Shown here: positions 41,071-51,973 of the stretch, piece by piece
Layout: each line of letters opens with the position of its first letter
How positions within the stretch are numbered: the first letter of the stretch is position 1
Origin: an uncultured delta proteobacterium
GTDB taxonomy: Bacteria; Desulfobacterota; Desulfomonilia; Desulfomonilales; Desulfomonilaceae
Assembly: GCA_963789265.1 (NCBI GenBank)
Contig: CAWBKB010000001.1
Location: 2,176,001 to 2,240,000 of the forward strand
Direction of reading: 5' to 3'
DNA: 64,000 nt
Position numbers and translations under genes: made by a program
Notes under the pieces: generated by a model
Databases searched by the model: none
Told to the model about the DNA's origin: nothing
The model's input: only the letters and a program-made list of their open reading frames with translations

Positions 41071-42621
41071 ATGAACGGGGCCGAACTAGTTATGAAGACC
41101 GCTGCCGCAGCGGGGGTGGAAATATGCTTTGCGAATCCCGGAACCACAGAAATGCCCCTGGTGCAGGCGCTGGACACCGTACCCGGCATTCGAGCCGTAC
41201 TAGGGCTGTTCGAAGGAGTGTGTACCGGCGCTGCTGACGGGTATGGCCGCATGCTCGACAAACCGGCCATGACTCTGTTGCATCTAGGCCCAGGTTTGGC
41301 CAACGGAGTCGCTAACCTGCACAATGCCCGCCGTGCTCACACTCCGGTCTTGAATGTGATAGGCCAGCACGCTTCCTGGCATCAGCCAGCGGACCCGCCT
41401 CTTAACATGGACATCGAAGCTCTTGCCGGAACAGTCTCCGGTTGGGTACGGTCCTGTGAGTCAGTTGCGGACTTGTCTCGAGATACGGCAGAAGCGGTTG
41501 CCGCTGCCATGCAGAGACAGATTGCGACAGTCATTGTGCCTCATGACTATCAGTGGAGCGAATGCACGGATGAAACGATAATTACTCCCCTCTTCTCGCC
41601 TCATCCCATTGACAACGATGCGATAGAAGAGGCGGCTAGGCTCCTTCGTGCGAGTCCTAACTCGTTGATAATGCTCGGCGGCCGAGCGTTACGGAAACGT
41701 GGACTGCAAGCAGCCGACCGTATACGAGCAGCTACAGGATGCGATCTCTTTTCGGAAATTCTGCCTGCACGTATGGAACGAGGCGCGGGCATCCCCGCAG
41801 TGGACCGCCTTCCCTATTTTCCTGAGCACGCGACAGCGGCGTTATCAATATATCAGGCGGTAATACTGGCTGGAGCCAAGGAGCCCGTGGCATTTTTCGG
41901 GTACAAGGGTATGAGAAGTCGATTGCTGAACGACAATCAGCAAAGCCGCTTGATCGCCGGGCCTCGCGATAACGTGGAGGATGCTCTCGAACACCTGGCC
42001 GATGCACTGGGCGCGTCCGGGGCTTCGGTCCATACTGCCGCAAACGCAAAACACTCGATCCACGGACTTCCTCAGGGCATACTTACCAGGGACAAGGCCG
42101 CGGCCACCTTGGCTGCCCTTCAGCCCGAGAACGCCATAATAGTGGATGAAGCAGTAACCACGGCAGGGGCCTATTATCCTCTCACGGCAACCGCACCGCC
42201 GCACAGTTTGCTCTGTTTGCCGGGCGGTTCCATTGGCATGGGAATGCCGTGCGCGATCGGAGCGGCCCTCGCGTGCCGGGACCGTCCTGTAATCAGTTTC
42301 CAGGCTGATGGGAGCGCTATGTACACGGTGCAGGCGCTGTGGACTCAGGCACGAGAAGGTCTGGACATAACCACGCTCATCTGCTCGAACCGGAGTTACG
42401 ACATTCTCAAGCTGGAGCTCATGCGTGCCGGCACTGTTTCGCCCGGAAAGAACACGCTCGCTCTCACTGACCTGGGAAATCCCTCCCTCGACTGGGTGCA
42501 GATCGGTCAAGGCATGGGGGTGCCTGCTGTGTCCGTTGACACCGCGGAGCAATTAGCTAAAGAATTGACCGCCGCGCTTCACGAACCCGGGCCTCATCTC
42601 ATCGAAATGGTACCTGTCTGA
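41071..42621 (+). CDS. ThDP-dependent enzyme (acetolactate synthase large subunit-like/decarboxylase)
   Basis: FANPGTTE, GAADGY, LHLGPG and ADGS..N ThDP motif. Confidence 0.88.
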   Translation: MNGAELVMKTAAAAGVEICFANPGTTEMPLVQALDTVPGIRAVLGLFEGVCTGAADGYGRMLDKPAMTLLHLGPGLANGVANLHNARRAHTPVLNVIGQHASWHQPADPPLNMDIEALAGTVSGWVRSCESVADLSRDTAEAVAAAMQRQIATVIVPHDYQWSECTDETIITPLFSPHPIDNDAIEEAARLLRASPNSLIMLGGRALRKRGLQAADRIRAATGCDLFSEILPARMERGAGIPAVDRLPYFPEHATAALSIYQAVILAGAKEPVAFFGYKGMRSRLLNDNQQSRLIAGPRDNVEDALEHLADALGASGASVHTAANAKHSIHGLPQGILTRDKAAATLAALQPENAIIVDEAVTTAGAYYPLTATAPPHSLLCLPGGSIGMGMPCAIGAALACRDRPVISFQADGSAMYTVQALWTQAREGLDITTLICSNRSYDILKLELMRAGTVSPGKNTLALTDLGNPSLDWVQIGQGMGVPAVSVDTAEQLAKELTAALHEPGPHLIEMVPV

Positions 42622-42626
42622 GACTT

Positions 42627-43532
42627 TCAGCGCACCGGTCTTTCGACCTGGTCAAAAGCTGCGCGCACAATCTGCGCCAAGTCTACGGCCTGCCCGCTTC
42701 CCCAATAGCGGATAAAGAACATTCGAGGTTCTTCGTCGAGCATGTGATTATTCACAGCTACGATAGCAATGCCGCCCTTCCTCAAAGTGCGGACGACTCG
42801 GTTGACTTCCGAAGCGGTTACCGCGATGTCGCCGGCCACGCGGGCTCGTTCGTTGGTCCCCACAAATCCTGCCCAGGAATTCATTCCCATGGCGGCAGTC
42901 ATCTCCAGCCCGTGACTTCGCACGCCGGATCGGCCGACTGTGACCTTGAACGCGCCACCGGTGCTTTTCCCGGTATGGCCGACGATATTTTCTATGCGCC
43001 TGGTGTCCAACGGCGATCCGGAGAGTTCTGACGAGCCCTCTCCGGTTGGCTGGGGGGTAGCCGTTTTGCTCAAAGCATTCTTGACTCCGCGTGCGAGATC
43101 CTGTGCCTTGCCGATCCCGTTAAAATACATGGACAGAGTGCCCGGTCTTTCACCCGAGAAATCATTGTGCAGAGCGGTTATGTCGATTCTTGCCCCCTCC
43201 AGTGTGGAAATGACGGAATGCACTTCCTTATCGAGTAACACCAGATTCCCGATCACCAACACATTGTCCCCGATGTTCGCCCACGCAACCCAGGAATCAA
43301 GTCCCAGACCGATTGGCACATGTTCGCCATCGACGATGACCTGTATGTCACTGCGCGGGTATCGTACGATGAGAGTGCCTCGCCTTATTTCTCCTTTCGT
43401 GCTCAAAATTTTCTCAATTTGGGTGAAATGATCCGCGTCCGCTGCTGTTGCAACGGTACTGGAAAATATTGACAGCCAGATGATAGCAATCGCAACTATA
43501 GCACTCGGATGATCAATTGAACGACTAAACAT
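42627..43532 (-). CDS. DUF1259 (LppY/LpqO-like) tandem-domain exported protein
   Basis: Signal peptide; duplicated domain with ALHND/AVNNH..EPR motifs. Confidence 0.75.
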   Translation of the reverse strand: MFSRSIDHPSAIVAIAIIWLSIFSSTVATAADADHFTQIEKILSTKGEIRRGTLIVRYPRSDIQVIVDGEHVPIGLGLDSWVAWANIGDNVLVIGNLVLLDKEVHSVISTLEGARIDITALHNDFSGERPGTLSMYFNGIGKAQDLARGVKNALSKTATPQPTGEGSSELSGSPLDTRRIENIVGHTGKSTGGAFKVTVGRSGVRSHGLEMTAAMGMNSWAGFVGTNERARVAGDIAVTASEVNRVVRTLRKGGIAIVAVNNHMLDEEPRMFFIRYWGSGQAVDLAQIVRAAFDQVERPVR

Positions 43533-43958
43533 TGTGTATTGTCTCCTGCTACTGCCCATAAGACGTTCAGCCCGGTCGCGGATTCTTCCACTCCGCGATG
43601 GTCATAGCTCTTTACTTCGCTTGTAGAGCGAGATACCTCTGAGGGCTCCAGCGATTCCAAGCCGCTGACCTCACGGATCGAATTATAGCCGTACATGTGG
43701 GCAAATTCAGTCTAAAAAGTAACCATGACAGACACATAATTTTCACATGGCTAACGATCGATCATCCCTCTATTGCTTCCTTGCATTGTGCTATCGAAAT
43801 TATGACTCAGGGAGACAGGCCGCCCGGGACTGCGGCAGATCGGCAAACATCCTTCTCGGATTTCTCCCTGATGTGGATTTGAGCCGCAGGATGAGACCGG
43901 GCAGTCCCGGCGGGCTGAAGAATCCTGTATCCGGAAGATATAGAAATGAGGCTATGAC

Positions 43959-45071
43959 ATGATGACACTTCTACTACAAATATCTGTTGCAATAGTGTCT
44001 GTGCCGGCATTCCTCTCGGCGATCGCACATGCCCGCACAGAGACCCAAAAGGCGACCTTTGCCGGGGGGTGCTTCTGGTGCATGCAACCCGAATTTGAAA
44101 AACTCGATGGGGTTGTGAAGGTGGTGGCTGGTTACATAGGCGGCACCGGTAATAACCCAACCTACGAGGACTATGCCCAAAAGGGTCACGTTGAAGCGGT
44201 ACAGATTACCTTCGATCCATCAAAGATATCCTATTCACAGCTTCTGGACGTAGTCTGGAGGCAGATAGACCCTACGGACGCCGGTGGCCAGTTCGTCGAC
44301 AGGGGGCCGCAGTACCGGTCTGCAATCTTTTACCATGATGAAGAACAGAAGACGCTGGCCGAAAAATCGAAAGAGGCACTCGCAAAGTCCGGAAGATTTG
44401 ATGAACCTCTGGTAACCGAGATCATCAAAGCCTCGGCATTCTATGAGGCCGAGGATTATCATCAGGACTATTCTAAAGAGAACCCCATCCGATATAAGTT
44501 CTACAGGTACAATTCCGGCCGTGATCGATACTTGACCAAAATATGGGGTGCGGACAGAAATCGAGAAAAGACAAGTAGTAATACTTCGGAGAACATAGAT
44601 ATGGGCAGGAAAGAACTTAAGAAAAAGCTAACGCCGTTACAGTACGAGGTGACGCAAGAACCCGGGACCGAACCGGCATTCAACAATGAACATTGGGACA
44701 ACAAAAAGCCTGGGATCTATGTTGACATCGTTTCCGGGGAACCTCTGTTCAGCTCACTGGATAAATTCGATTCCGGCACTGGATGGCCCAGCTTTACCAA
44801 GCCTCTGGAACTCGGAAACATAGTGGAAAAACAAGACAAAAGTTTCTTCACCACGCGCACGGAAGTCCGAAGCAAGCACGCTGATTCCCATCTCGGGCAT
44901 GTATTCAATGACGGGCCCAAGCCGACCGGTCTGCGCTATTGCATGAATTCCGCGGCGCTCCGCTTTATTCCGAAGGAAGATTTGGAAAAGGAAGGGTACG
45001 GCCGTTACGAACAGCTTTTCGAAAGAGACGGTGAAGGGTACGCGTCTAGGGAGAGCTACTTCAGGGGCTAA
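43959..45071 (+). CDS. msrAB: Peptide methionine sulfoxide reductase MsrA/MsrB fusion, probably exported
   Basis: GGCFWC and AEDYHQDY (MsrA); GTGWPSF, HLGHVF and RYCMNS (MsrB); N-terminal signal. Confidence 0.95.
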   Translation: MMTLLLQISVAIVSVPAFLSAIAHARTETQKATFAGGCFWCMQPEFEKLDGVVKVVAGYIGGTGNNPTYEDYAQKGHVEAVQITFDPSKISYSQLLDVVWRQIDPTDAGGQFVDRGPQYRSAIFYHDEEQKTLAEKSKEALAKSGRFDEPLVTEIIKASAFYEAEDYHQDYSKENPIRYKFYRYNSGRDRYLTKIWGADRNREKTSSNTSENIDMGRKELKKKLTPLQYEVTQEPGTEPAFNNEHWDNKKPGIYVDIVSGEPLFSSLDKFDSGTGWPSFTKPLELGNIVEKQDKSFFTTRTEVRSKHADSHLGHVFNDGPKPTGLRYCMNSAALRFIPKEDLEKEGYGRYEQLFERDGEGYASRESYFRG

Positions 45072-45452
45072 ACTGTAGCACCGGGGCAACCGCGGATCTG
45101 GCAATCCGCATTCACCGCGGAGAGGGCCGAGAACGCGGAGAAAAAGGATAGCTTATACCAGCTCCCATAGCTGCCCAGAGAAAACAGAATTCTCCGCGCT
45201 GAGCGGTGAACTGTTATCTTGAGGGAATGCAGTGGAGAGCCTATAGGTGAATCTGTAACATGTAGCGGGTTACAAATCCTCAAATGTGGGGAAGCCGCTC
45301 CACATATCGGTTCCCATATTTCATGTTCGCTGAATCAATGCACTGTCCCATAATTATGGCGGTTCACCGTCGGTCTCAGGGGCTCGGAATCCGTCTGGGG
45401 CGTCTTCAGGTTGCAATATGCCGCGGCCACGCCTCCGCGGGATCACTCTAAA

Positions 45453-45848
45453 TCAGTTGGAATCCAAGATATCTCGAATCGCTCCCAGTATCTCCTTCAT
45501 ATTGTACGGTTTGCCTACAAAGCCCCGGGCCGTCGATTCAATGGACTCTTTCGCTGCATCATTCAGAGGGTAACCACTAGTTACCAGAATACTGAGATTG
45601 GGGTCGATCTTATGAAATTCTTCGAGGCACTGCTCACCCCCCATTTCCGGCATGATGAGATCAAGAACCACCAGGGAAATTCTATCTCTCTCTTTCCGGT
45701 ATATATTCAGAGCCTCTTTCCCGTTTGTCGCGGTAATTACTGTGTAACCGCATCGCTCCAAAATTCTTTTCGTCAGATCGCTGACCATGTCTTCATCTTC
45801 TACAAGCAGAATCGTCTCGGTCCCCCCATGTGTCGGGCAATTCTTCAT
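45453..45848 (-). CDS. Stand-alone response-regulator receiver domain (possible remnant of a hybrid kinase)
   Basis: GGTETILLVEDE, LDLIMP, SGY and KPY motifs. Confidence 0.8.
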   Translation of the reverse strand: MKNCPTHGGTETILLVEDEDMVSDLTKRILERCGYTVITATNGKEALNIYRKERDRISLVVLDLIMPEMGGEQCLEEFHKIDPNLSILVTSGYPLNDAAKESIESTARGFVGKPYNMKEILGAIRDILDSN

Positions 45849-46080
45849 GGCTTAGGCCCAATCCTGGGGCTCTGCGGCAAGGGCAGAGGCTGAGATTTCG
45901 TTAGCGAATCTGGCTTTTCACCTGTCCTACGGTGTAGGATAAACCAAAACCATGTTTAGGTTAACTGAAAAAGTGCAAAAAGGCCGTCCAAGATGCGCTG
46001 AATTATCCGACACCGTATGACGCTATAGGATGAAACTGAGGATTTGTGACCGGAAATAAGGTCTGGACGAGGAGAGTGAA

Positions 46081-46347
46081 TTAATCTTGCGGGTTGCGGC
46101 GGCTTGGCCTAGGGAAAGCCCCATTGCGTTCCATCAGGAATAAATATAACTTGAGCGCCTTTTCCACGTGGTGAGATCTGGCATTTCCTAAGCTGTCCAA
46201 ACGCCTTACTACGTCAGCAGGCAGGCTACAGCTAATCCTTGCCGTTTGTCTCACTTGTTGTCGCCCTCGTGCCGTATAAGAACGGGGGTCAAGTTGAACT
46301 TCTTGCAGCAACATCCAAGCTGCCTTTATCTGCTCTTGCCTTGACAT
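46081..46347 (-). CDS. Small protein with probable ribbon-helix-helix domain
   Basis: RBS GGAGGT; RISCSLPADVVRRLD..RSHHVEKALKLYL fits a beta-alpha-alpha RHH pattern. Confidence 0.55.
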   Translation of the reverse strand: MSRQEQIKAAWMLLQEVQLDPRSYTARGRQQVRQTARISCSLPADVVRRLDSLGNARSHHVEKALKLYLFLMERNGAFPRPSRRNPQD

Positions 46348-46629
46348 CCTACCTCCCTCACGATTCTCACACCCATTCCAACATTCAATATATGTGCCAA
46401 TTACCGTTTTCGGATGAAGACCAAGGGACGCCATTGGGGTTCCTCGCTTTGCGAACATCTCCCCCGGCAAATGACAGGGTTGGGAATGGTAATCTGTGTA
46501 CTTTATCACTCTTTTATAACATTTTGAAACCATTAAAGAGCGCGTACGACGAGGGTATGCAGGATGTCGCGATGTAAGCGTTCAGATTTTAGCGGGACAG
46601 TGTCATTAAACCTGTGGGGCAGGCTTTCC

Positions 46630-46837
46630 GAAACAGTTTCAAAACTAATTTGATGTCCAGAATCGTGCCACGATTAAGCCTGGTCAGCATTTTCGGTGCC
46701 CTCACCCCAGCCCTCTCCCAGAGGGAGAGGGAGCTGATCCAAGGTCTATATTGGCGTCCCCTCGCCCTTTGGGAGAGGGTCAGGGTGAGAGATTCGTGGT
46801 ACGATCGCGTCCAGTTCAAGAATTTTGAGACAGTTTC
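46630..46837 (+). mobile_element. MITE family B
   Basis: TIRs as at 11199, TSD TTCC (46626-46629, 46838-46841), same type of target hairpin and cargo as 11199-11409. Confidence 0.88.
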
Positions 46838-47015
46838 TTCCAGCCTGCCTATTTCTTGACCTGGCCGACGGCAGGCTGGAAAGCCTGCCCCACCACGTAA
46901 GAGAAAGTTTGTCGCCGCGGACACATTTCACTTGACAACGGATCTAGAGAACTAGATAACTATAACAATCTCGTGACTCCCTCCATCCAGGCTATGGCTT
47001 AACAAGGTGACACTC

Positions 47016-47828
47016 ATGATCATCATTGGTGAAAAGATCAATGGTACGAGAAAGCGGGTGGGCAATGCGATTCAGGATCGCGATGCTGATTTCATACGCG
47101 ACCTCGCGGTGCGGCAGTTTCAAAGCGGCGCGGCCTTCATAGATATAAACGCGGGTAGTTTGCCCGAGCGCGAACCGGATGACATGGCATGGTTGGTGGA
47201 AACCGTCCAGGAAGTAGTGCCTGATGCAACACTCTGTTTGGACAGCCCCAATCATAAGGCCCTTCGTATCGGCATCGAAAAGGCCGTAAAGCCCCCTATG
47301 CTCAATTCTCTGAGCGGCGAGAAATTCCGTGTGGATGAGGTGTTGCCGCTTGCCTGCGAGTTCGGGACAGATCTGATAGTCTTGGCTTTGGATGATAATG
47401 GAATCCCTGCAACCAGCGACGGACGGCTCGCTATCGTCCGAGGGCTCGTGGAAATGACTCGGAACGGCGGGATGCCCGACGAAAAGCTTTATGTAGACCC
47501 TCTTGTGATGGCAATTGCTACGGGCACAGAGAACGGGAACATCACACTTGAGACGTGCCGGAAGATCAAAGACGAATTCCCCAAAGTTCATTTAACCTGC
47601 GGGTTGTCCAACATTTCCTTCGGGATGCCGCTGCGGTCAATACTCAACCAGGCTTTCCTGGTGTTAGCGATGCAAGCCGGCATGGACAGCGCGATAGTCA
47701 ACCCGGAAGAGCGAGAACTGAGGGGGATGATGATGGCAGCAGAGACGCTTTTGGGAAAAGATCGGCACTGTCTCAACTTCAATCGAGCCTTCAGGTCCGG
47801 AAGAATCGGGCCAAAGAATGATTCGTGA
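47016..47828 (+). CDS. Methyltetrahydrofolate:corrinoid methyltransferase (AcsE-like, pterin-binding)
   Basis: IIGEKING, DINAG, LDS, DPLV and GLSNISFG motifs. Confidence 0.92.
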   Translation: MIIIGEKINGTRKRVGNAIQDRDADFIRDLAVRQFQSGAAFIDINAGSLPEREPDDMAWLVETVQEVVPDATLCLDSPNHKALRIGIEKAVKPPMLNSLSGEKFRVDEVLPLACEFGTDLIVLALDDNGIPATSDGRLAIVRGLVEMTRNGGMPDEKLYVDPLVMAIATGTENGNITLETCRKIKDEFPKVHLTCGLSNISFGMPLRSILNQAFLVLAMQAGMDSAIVNPEERELRGMMMAAETLLGKDRHCLNFNRAFRSGRIGPKNDS

Positions 47829-47856
47829 TTAGGCGTTGTTATATGTCACTGACTAA

Positions 47857-48020
47857 GTACAGCGTTTCATAAATACGGTGCCAATTGCACGGTAGCGCCG
47901 GCGTCTCTGCCGGCGTTTCGCGAACAACCGGCACTGAGGCCGGTCCTACTGGGTTCCCGTGTACGCGGGAATGACGGCTATTGAACCAGAATACGAGATC
48001 GTTTTTGCGAAGAAGAGCGC
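47857..48020 (+). mobile_element. MITE family D
   Basis: Copy of 21440-21602, flanked by TAA/TAA. Confidence 0.75.
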
Positions 48021-48051
48021 TAATGACGCACTTCATAAAGGAGGGAGCACT

Positions 48052-48684
48052 ATGCAAGATCTTGTGAATGCAGTGGCGGAGATGATGGAAGACCAGGCCA
48101 TGACTCTTACAAAGAAGTACGTGGCAGAGGGCGTGCCGGCCATTCAAATCGTCGACGCGTACAAGGAAGCACTGGGCATCATCGGGAAGCGTTTCGAGGA
48201 GTGTACCTACTTCGTCCCGGAACTGATTCTGGCCGGTGAGATGACGAAGGCGGCCTACGAGATCGTCAAGCCTCTGATGACGGGCGGGGAATCGAACGCG
48301 GAAACACAAAGACTCGGTAAGTTCCTTCTGGGAACGGTTGAAGGTGATATCCACGACATCGGCAAGGACATGGTCCGCATGCTCATGGATATTAACGGAT
48401 TTGAAGTGAGGGATCTCGGCGTTGACGTCCCGGTTCAGCGGTTCTGGGACGAATACGAAGAATTTCATCCCGCTATCATTGGACTGAGCGGATTGCTTAC
48501 CTTGTCTTTCGAGTCCATGAAAAAGGTGGTCGATGTACTGAAAGAGAAGGGAGTGCGTGACAAAGTAAAGGTGATCATCGGCGGCGGGCAAATGGACGAA
48601 AAAGCTTGCAATTACATAGGCGCGGATGCCTTTGTTACCGATGCCGTAGCTGGAATCAACATTTGCAAAGGATGGGTGAACTAA
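48052..48684 (+). CDS. Corrinoid (B12-binding) protein
   Basis: GDIHDIGK, DLGVDV, SGLLT and IIGGG motifs; N-terminal cap domain. Confidence 0.95.
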   Translation: MQDLVNAVAEMMEDQAMTLTKKYVAEGVPAIQIVDAYKEALGIIGKRFEECTYFVPELILAGEMTKAAYEIVKPLMTGGESNAETQRLGKFLLGTVEGDIHDIGKDMVRMLMDINGFEVRDLGVDVPVQRFWDEYEEFHPAIIGLSGLLTLSFESMKKVVDVLKEKGVRDKVKVIIGGGQMDEKACNYIGADAFVTDAVAGINICKGWVN

Positions 48685-48727
48685 GATAGCGTGTTGCGAA
48701 CCAGGTCATCCAGAAGGAGGGGAAGCC

Positions 48728-50062
48728 ATGACAGAAGGTTGGGAGAATATGTCCTCAAGCCAAAAGCAGGAGGCGTTTTTGGCGAAATGGGCCTCCGGAG
48801 AAGGCATCACGTTCGCCAACGATGAAGCAAAGGCTGCTTACCAGTACCGTGCCGGACTTATTGCGGATGCGGTCAAGCTCAAGAAAGCCCCTGACAGAGT
48901 GCCAATTGTCCCGCTGGCGACTTTCGCGCCCGTCATGCTTTACGGTTACACTGGGAAACAGGCCATGTACGACCCTCACATACTCGGTAAGGTCTGTCTG
49001 GATTACACGAGAGACTACGATGTAGATGCGACGGTTGTTGCGCCCATGGTCATGTACGGTCCGGCTCTGGAGGTGCTGGACTACGAACTGTACAAATGGC
49101 CGGGGCACGGCCTTAAGGAAGAGCAAGGTTATCAGTTCCTTGAAAAAGCATACATGGCAGCCGAGGACTATGATCACTTCATAGCAGACCCCAGTGACTA
49201 TTGGTTCCGGGTCTGGTTTCCTCGGACTCACGGCGCCCTGAAGCCTTTGGCCCAAATGCCGCCGTTGTACGGCACCATGGAACTGCCTATGGCCGGGCCG
49301 TGGCTTTGTGCGTTGGGCGCTCCGCCGATCCAAGAAGCATATAAAGCCCTTCTGGAAGCCGCCAGGATCAGCTTTGAGTGGATCGGGGCATTGGGGCAGT
49401 ATATTGGACAGATATTAAGCTCAGGTTATCCGATGTACGCGGGCAGCGCCTGCAAGGCCCCTTTTGACGTTCTGGGTGACTCCTTCCGGGGCACCGCGGA
49501 ATTGATGATGGATCTTTATCGAAGACCGGATAAGGTATTGGAGGCCGTGGACAGGCTTGTACCTCTCATGATCACCATGGGTGTAGGCGGAGCTTTGGCT
49601 AATAACAACCCGATCGTTTTCATTCCCTTGCACAAAGGCGCCGACGGCTTCATGTCCAACGAGCAGTTCGAGAAGTTCTATTGGCCGAGTCTCAAAAAGG
49701 TGATCCTCGGTTTGGCTGAACAGGGGTGTATGCCCTGTTGCTTTGTGGAGGGCGGCTATAACCAAAGGCTGGAATACTTGGCCGAATTGCCCAAAGGAGA
49801 ATGCGCATTTATCTTTGATAGAACTGACATGGCCCGAGCCAGACAAATGTTGGGAGGCAAGTCGTGCATCGGCGGAGGATTTCCGGTTTCCCTGATTATT
49901 ACCGGCAATACAAAAGAGGTAGAAGAGGAGACCAAGAAACTGTTGGAAGTGGCCGCGGGTGATGGCGGATATATCCTTAGCATCGGGTGCGCCATGGACC
50001 AGGCAAGGGAGGACACGCTCAAAGCGTTTATTCAGGCCGGGAAGAAGTACGGCAAGTATTAG
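48728..50062 (+). CDS. Uroporphyrinogen-decarboxylase-fold methyltransferase (putative substrate-specific MT1)
   Basis: PDRVP, DLYRRPDKV, FEKFYWP and GGYIL motifs; located in a corrinoid operon. Confidence 0.85.
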   Translation: MTEGWENMSSSQKQEAFLAKWASGEGITFANDEAKAAYQYRAGLIADAVKLKKAPDRVPIVPLATFAPVMLYGYTGKQAMYDPHILGKVCLDYTRDYDVDATVVAPMVMYGPALEVLDYELYKWPGHGLKEEQGYQFLEKAYMAAEDYDHFIADPSDYWFRVWFPRTHGALKPLAQMPPLYGTMELPMAGPWLCALGAPPIQEAYKALLEAARISFEWIGALGQYIGQILSSGYPMYAGSACKAPFDVLGDSFRGTAELMMDLYRRPDKVLEAVDRLVPLMITMGVGGALANNNPIVFIPLHKGADGFMSNEQFEKFYWPSLKKVILGLAEQGCMPCCFVEGGYNQRLEYLAELPKGECAFIFDRTDMARARQMLGGKSCIGGGFPVSLIITGNTKEVEEETKKLLEVAAGDGGYILSIGCAMDQAREDTLKAFIQAGKKYGKY

Positions 50063-50105
50063 GAATGAATGAGGCACGCGCCTGTACGATAGCCGGAAGA
50101 AGTCA

Positions 50106-50302
50106 TACCGATTCGCGTTCAAGCAAGTCACATAAGTTCGCGATAAAACGATAAATTCAGCAGGGATGTGACAAAGCCACCCGCGAGACGCGGGATGGCA
50201 GCCGGAACCTCATGAACGGATGTTGGGTGGCACTGACCTGAGCACCGTTTTGGTGCCAGGTCAGTGCTGTTTGCCGATTCTCGCTTATTTGAGAACGAAT
50301 CG
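50106..50302. mobile_element. MITE family C-related element
   Basis: taccgattcgcgttcaagcaagt...cttatttgagaacgaatcg; interior homologous to 33911-34100 (reverse) and 53640-53782. Confidence 0.7.
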
Positions 50303-50675
50303 AAAATCCCTTTTGTTATGCGTCGACATACGCCTGCATGCCTCGGGCTGTGACAAGCATGAGGCATGCTCTAGACTGGACGCAAAATGAAGGCTCCACC
50401 GGATTAATCCGGCGGTCGGTGCCACCAGGTTCGAAGTCGGCATCAGCGTAGGATGCTGGTGAGCCCGCGTTTTGCGCGGGAGAACCGCATCAATCGAGAA
50501 AAAACCGCGCATCCCGCGTTGGCGGGACGGTTCGTTCAGCGTGCCGCGGGACTTACCAGCATCGTACCAGCATCTTTGCATCTTGTGCCGCGCCAGTACA
50601 CGGTTGCTACGTACTGAAGGCGAGGGCTTTCCTCCCATTCCCCGCGGGAGACAATAACACCAGGAGACTTTTAAG

Positions 50676-51917
50676 ATGACCGATGCTCAAGAGTTGCTGC
50701 GTCAAAGGGAACAGCGCATCCAGGATGCGATAGCTCTCAAAAAACCGGATCAAGTTCCAATCGCTTGCATGTGGGACTTCTTTCCGGCCAAGCGGAAAGG
50801 CGTCAGCATAAAAGAGGTCATGTACAATTTTCAACTCATGTTCGACCTTTGGGTGGAATGCATGGAGCATTTCGCACCCGATTTGGGAGACAATCCCTAT
50901 CCTCTTCGAGGATTCGGTCCGCTGATGGAAATATTGGATTTCCAACACCTTAAATGGGCCGGACACGGCGTAGGCGACAATATGTCCTACCAGTTTGTGG
51001 AACTGGAAGTCATGAAAGCGGACGAATATGACCATTTCCTATTCGATCCTTCCGATTTCATGGTTCGACGATTCTGGCCGCGGGTTAACAAGGCCTTTGC
51101 CCCTTTTGAAAAAATACCGCCTTTGAATCAGGCTATTTCTTACACGTGGGGCCTTTACAACGCCGTGTTCCTCTTGACTCCCGAGATGGAAGCGGCTCGC
51201 ACGGCAATGATCGAGGCCGGTAAGGCATCCGCGGAAGTACTAAAATGGTCGGCAGCTTTTGGCAAGAAAATGGTAGAGTTGGGGTTTCCTCCTTCTTCAG
51301 GAGGATTCGCGGAGGTCCCTTTTGATACGTTGGGTGATGTCTTCCGTGGCACCAAAGGGATCATGATGGATTTGTACAGGCGCCCTGACAAAGTCATGGC
51401 CGCCTGTGAAAAGCTGCTCCCCATCATGATTGATTCCGCGGTTGCCTCGGCCCGGCGGACCGGCGTTCCTAGAGTGTTCATTCCTCTTCACAAGGGGCTC
51501 GACGGTTTTTTGTCTCCGCAACATTTTGACAGGTTCTATTGGCCGCATCTGAAAGCCCTCTTGGAAGCGCTCATCCGAGAGGGCATCACTCCCTGGGTAC
51601 TTGCGGAAGGCGTGTGCAATTCCCGACTTCAGGCATTTCGAGACGTGCCTCCGGGGAAAGTGATTTACCATTTTGAGGGAACCGATATTTTTAAGGCCAA
51701 GGAAACGATGCGCGATCGCTGCTGTCTTCGCGGCAACGTCCCTGCCAGCATTCTCACTGTCGGGAGCCCTGCAGATATTAAGTCTTATTGCAAGAAGCTT
51801 ATAGACGTCTGTGCTGCGGACGGGGGCTTCATTATGGATGCGGCCACGCCGCTTGCCGACGCCAGGCCCGAAAACGTACAAGCCATGTACGATTTTACCA
51901 GAGAGTATGGAGCGTGA
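50676..51917 (+). CDS. Second UroD-fold methyltransferase paralog
   Basis: Collinear with 48728-50062 (KWAGHG, DPSDF, PFDTLGD.FRGT, FIPLHKG, FYWP). Confidence 0.85.
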   Translation: MTDAQELLRQREQRIQDAIALKKPDQVPIACMWDFFPAKRKGVSIKEVMYNFQLMFDLWVECMEHFAPDLGDNPYPLRGFGPLMEILDFQHLKWAGHGVGDNMSYQFVELEVMKADEYDHFLFDPSDFMVRRFWPRVNKAFAPFEKIPPLNQAISYTWGLYNAVFLLTPEMEAARTAMIEAGKASAEVLKWSAAFGKKMVELGFPPSSGGFAEVPFDTLGDVFRGTKGIMMDLYRRPDKVMAACEKLLPIMIDSAVASARRTGVPRVFIPLHKGLDGFLSPQHFDRFYWPHLKALLEALIREGITPWVLAEGVCNSRLQAFRDVPPGKVIYHFEGTDIFKAKETMRDRCCLRGNVPASILTVGSPADIKSYCKKLIDVCAADGGFIMDAATPLADARPENVQAMYDFTREYGA

Positions 51918-51973
51918 CCGACTCTGAAGGCTGTAGTAAACCTCGAAGCACCGGAATAGAGAACTAACTGACC

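Noticed and set aside
48728..51917. hemE (heme biosynthesis) assignment
   Set aside because: Lacks the HemE RQAGR motif; the corrinoid-operon context indicates methyltransferases.
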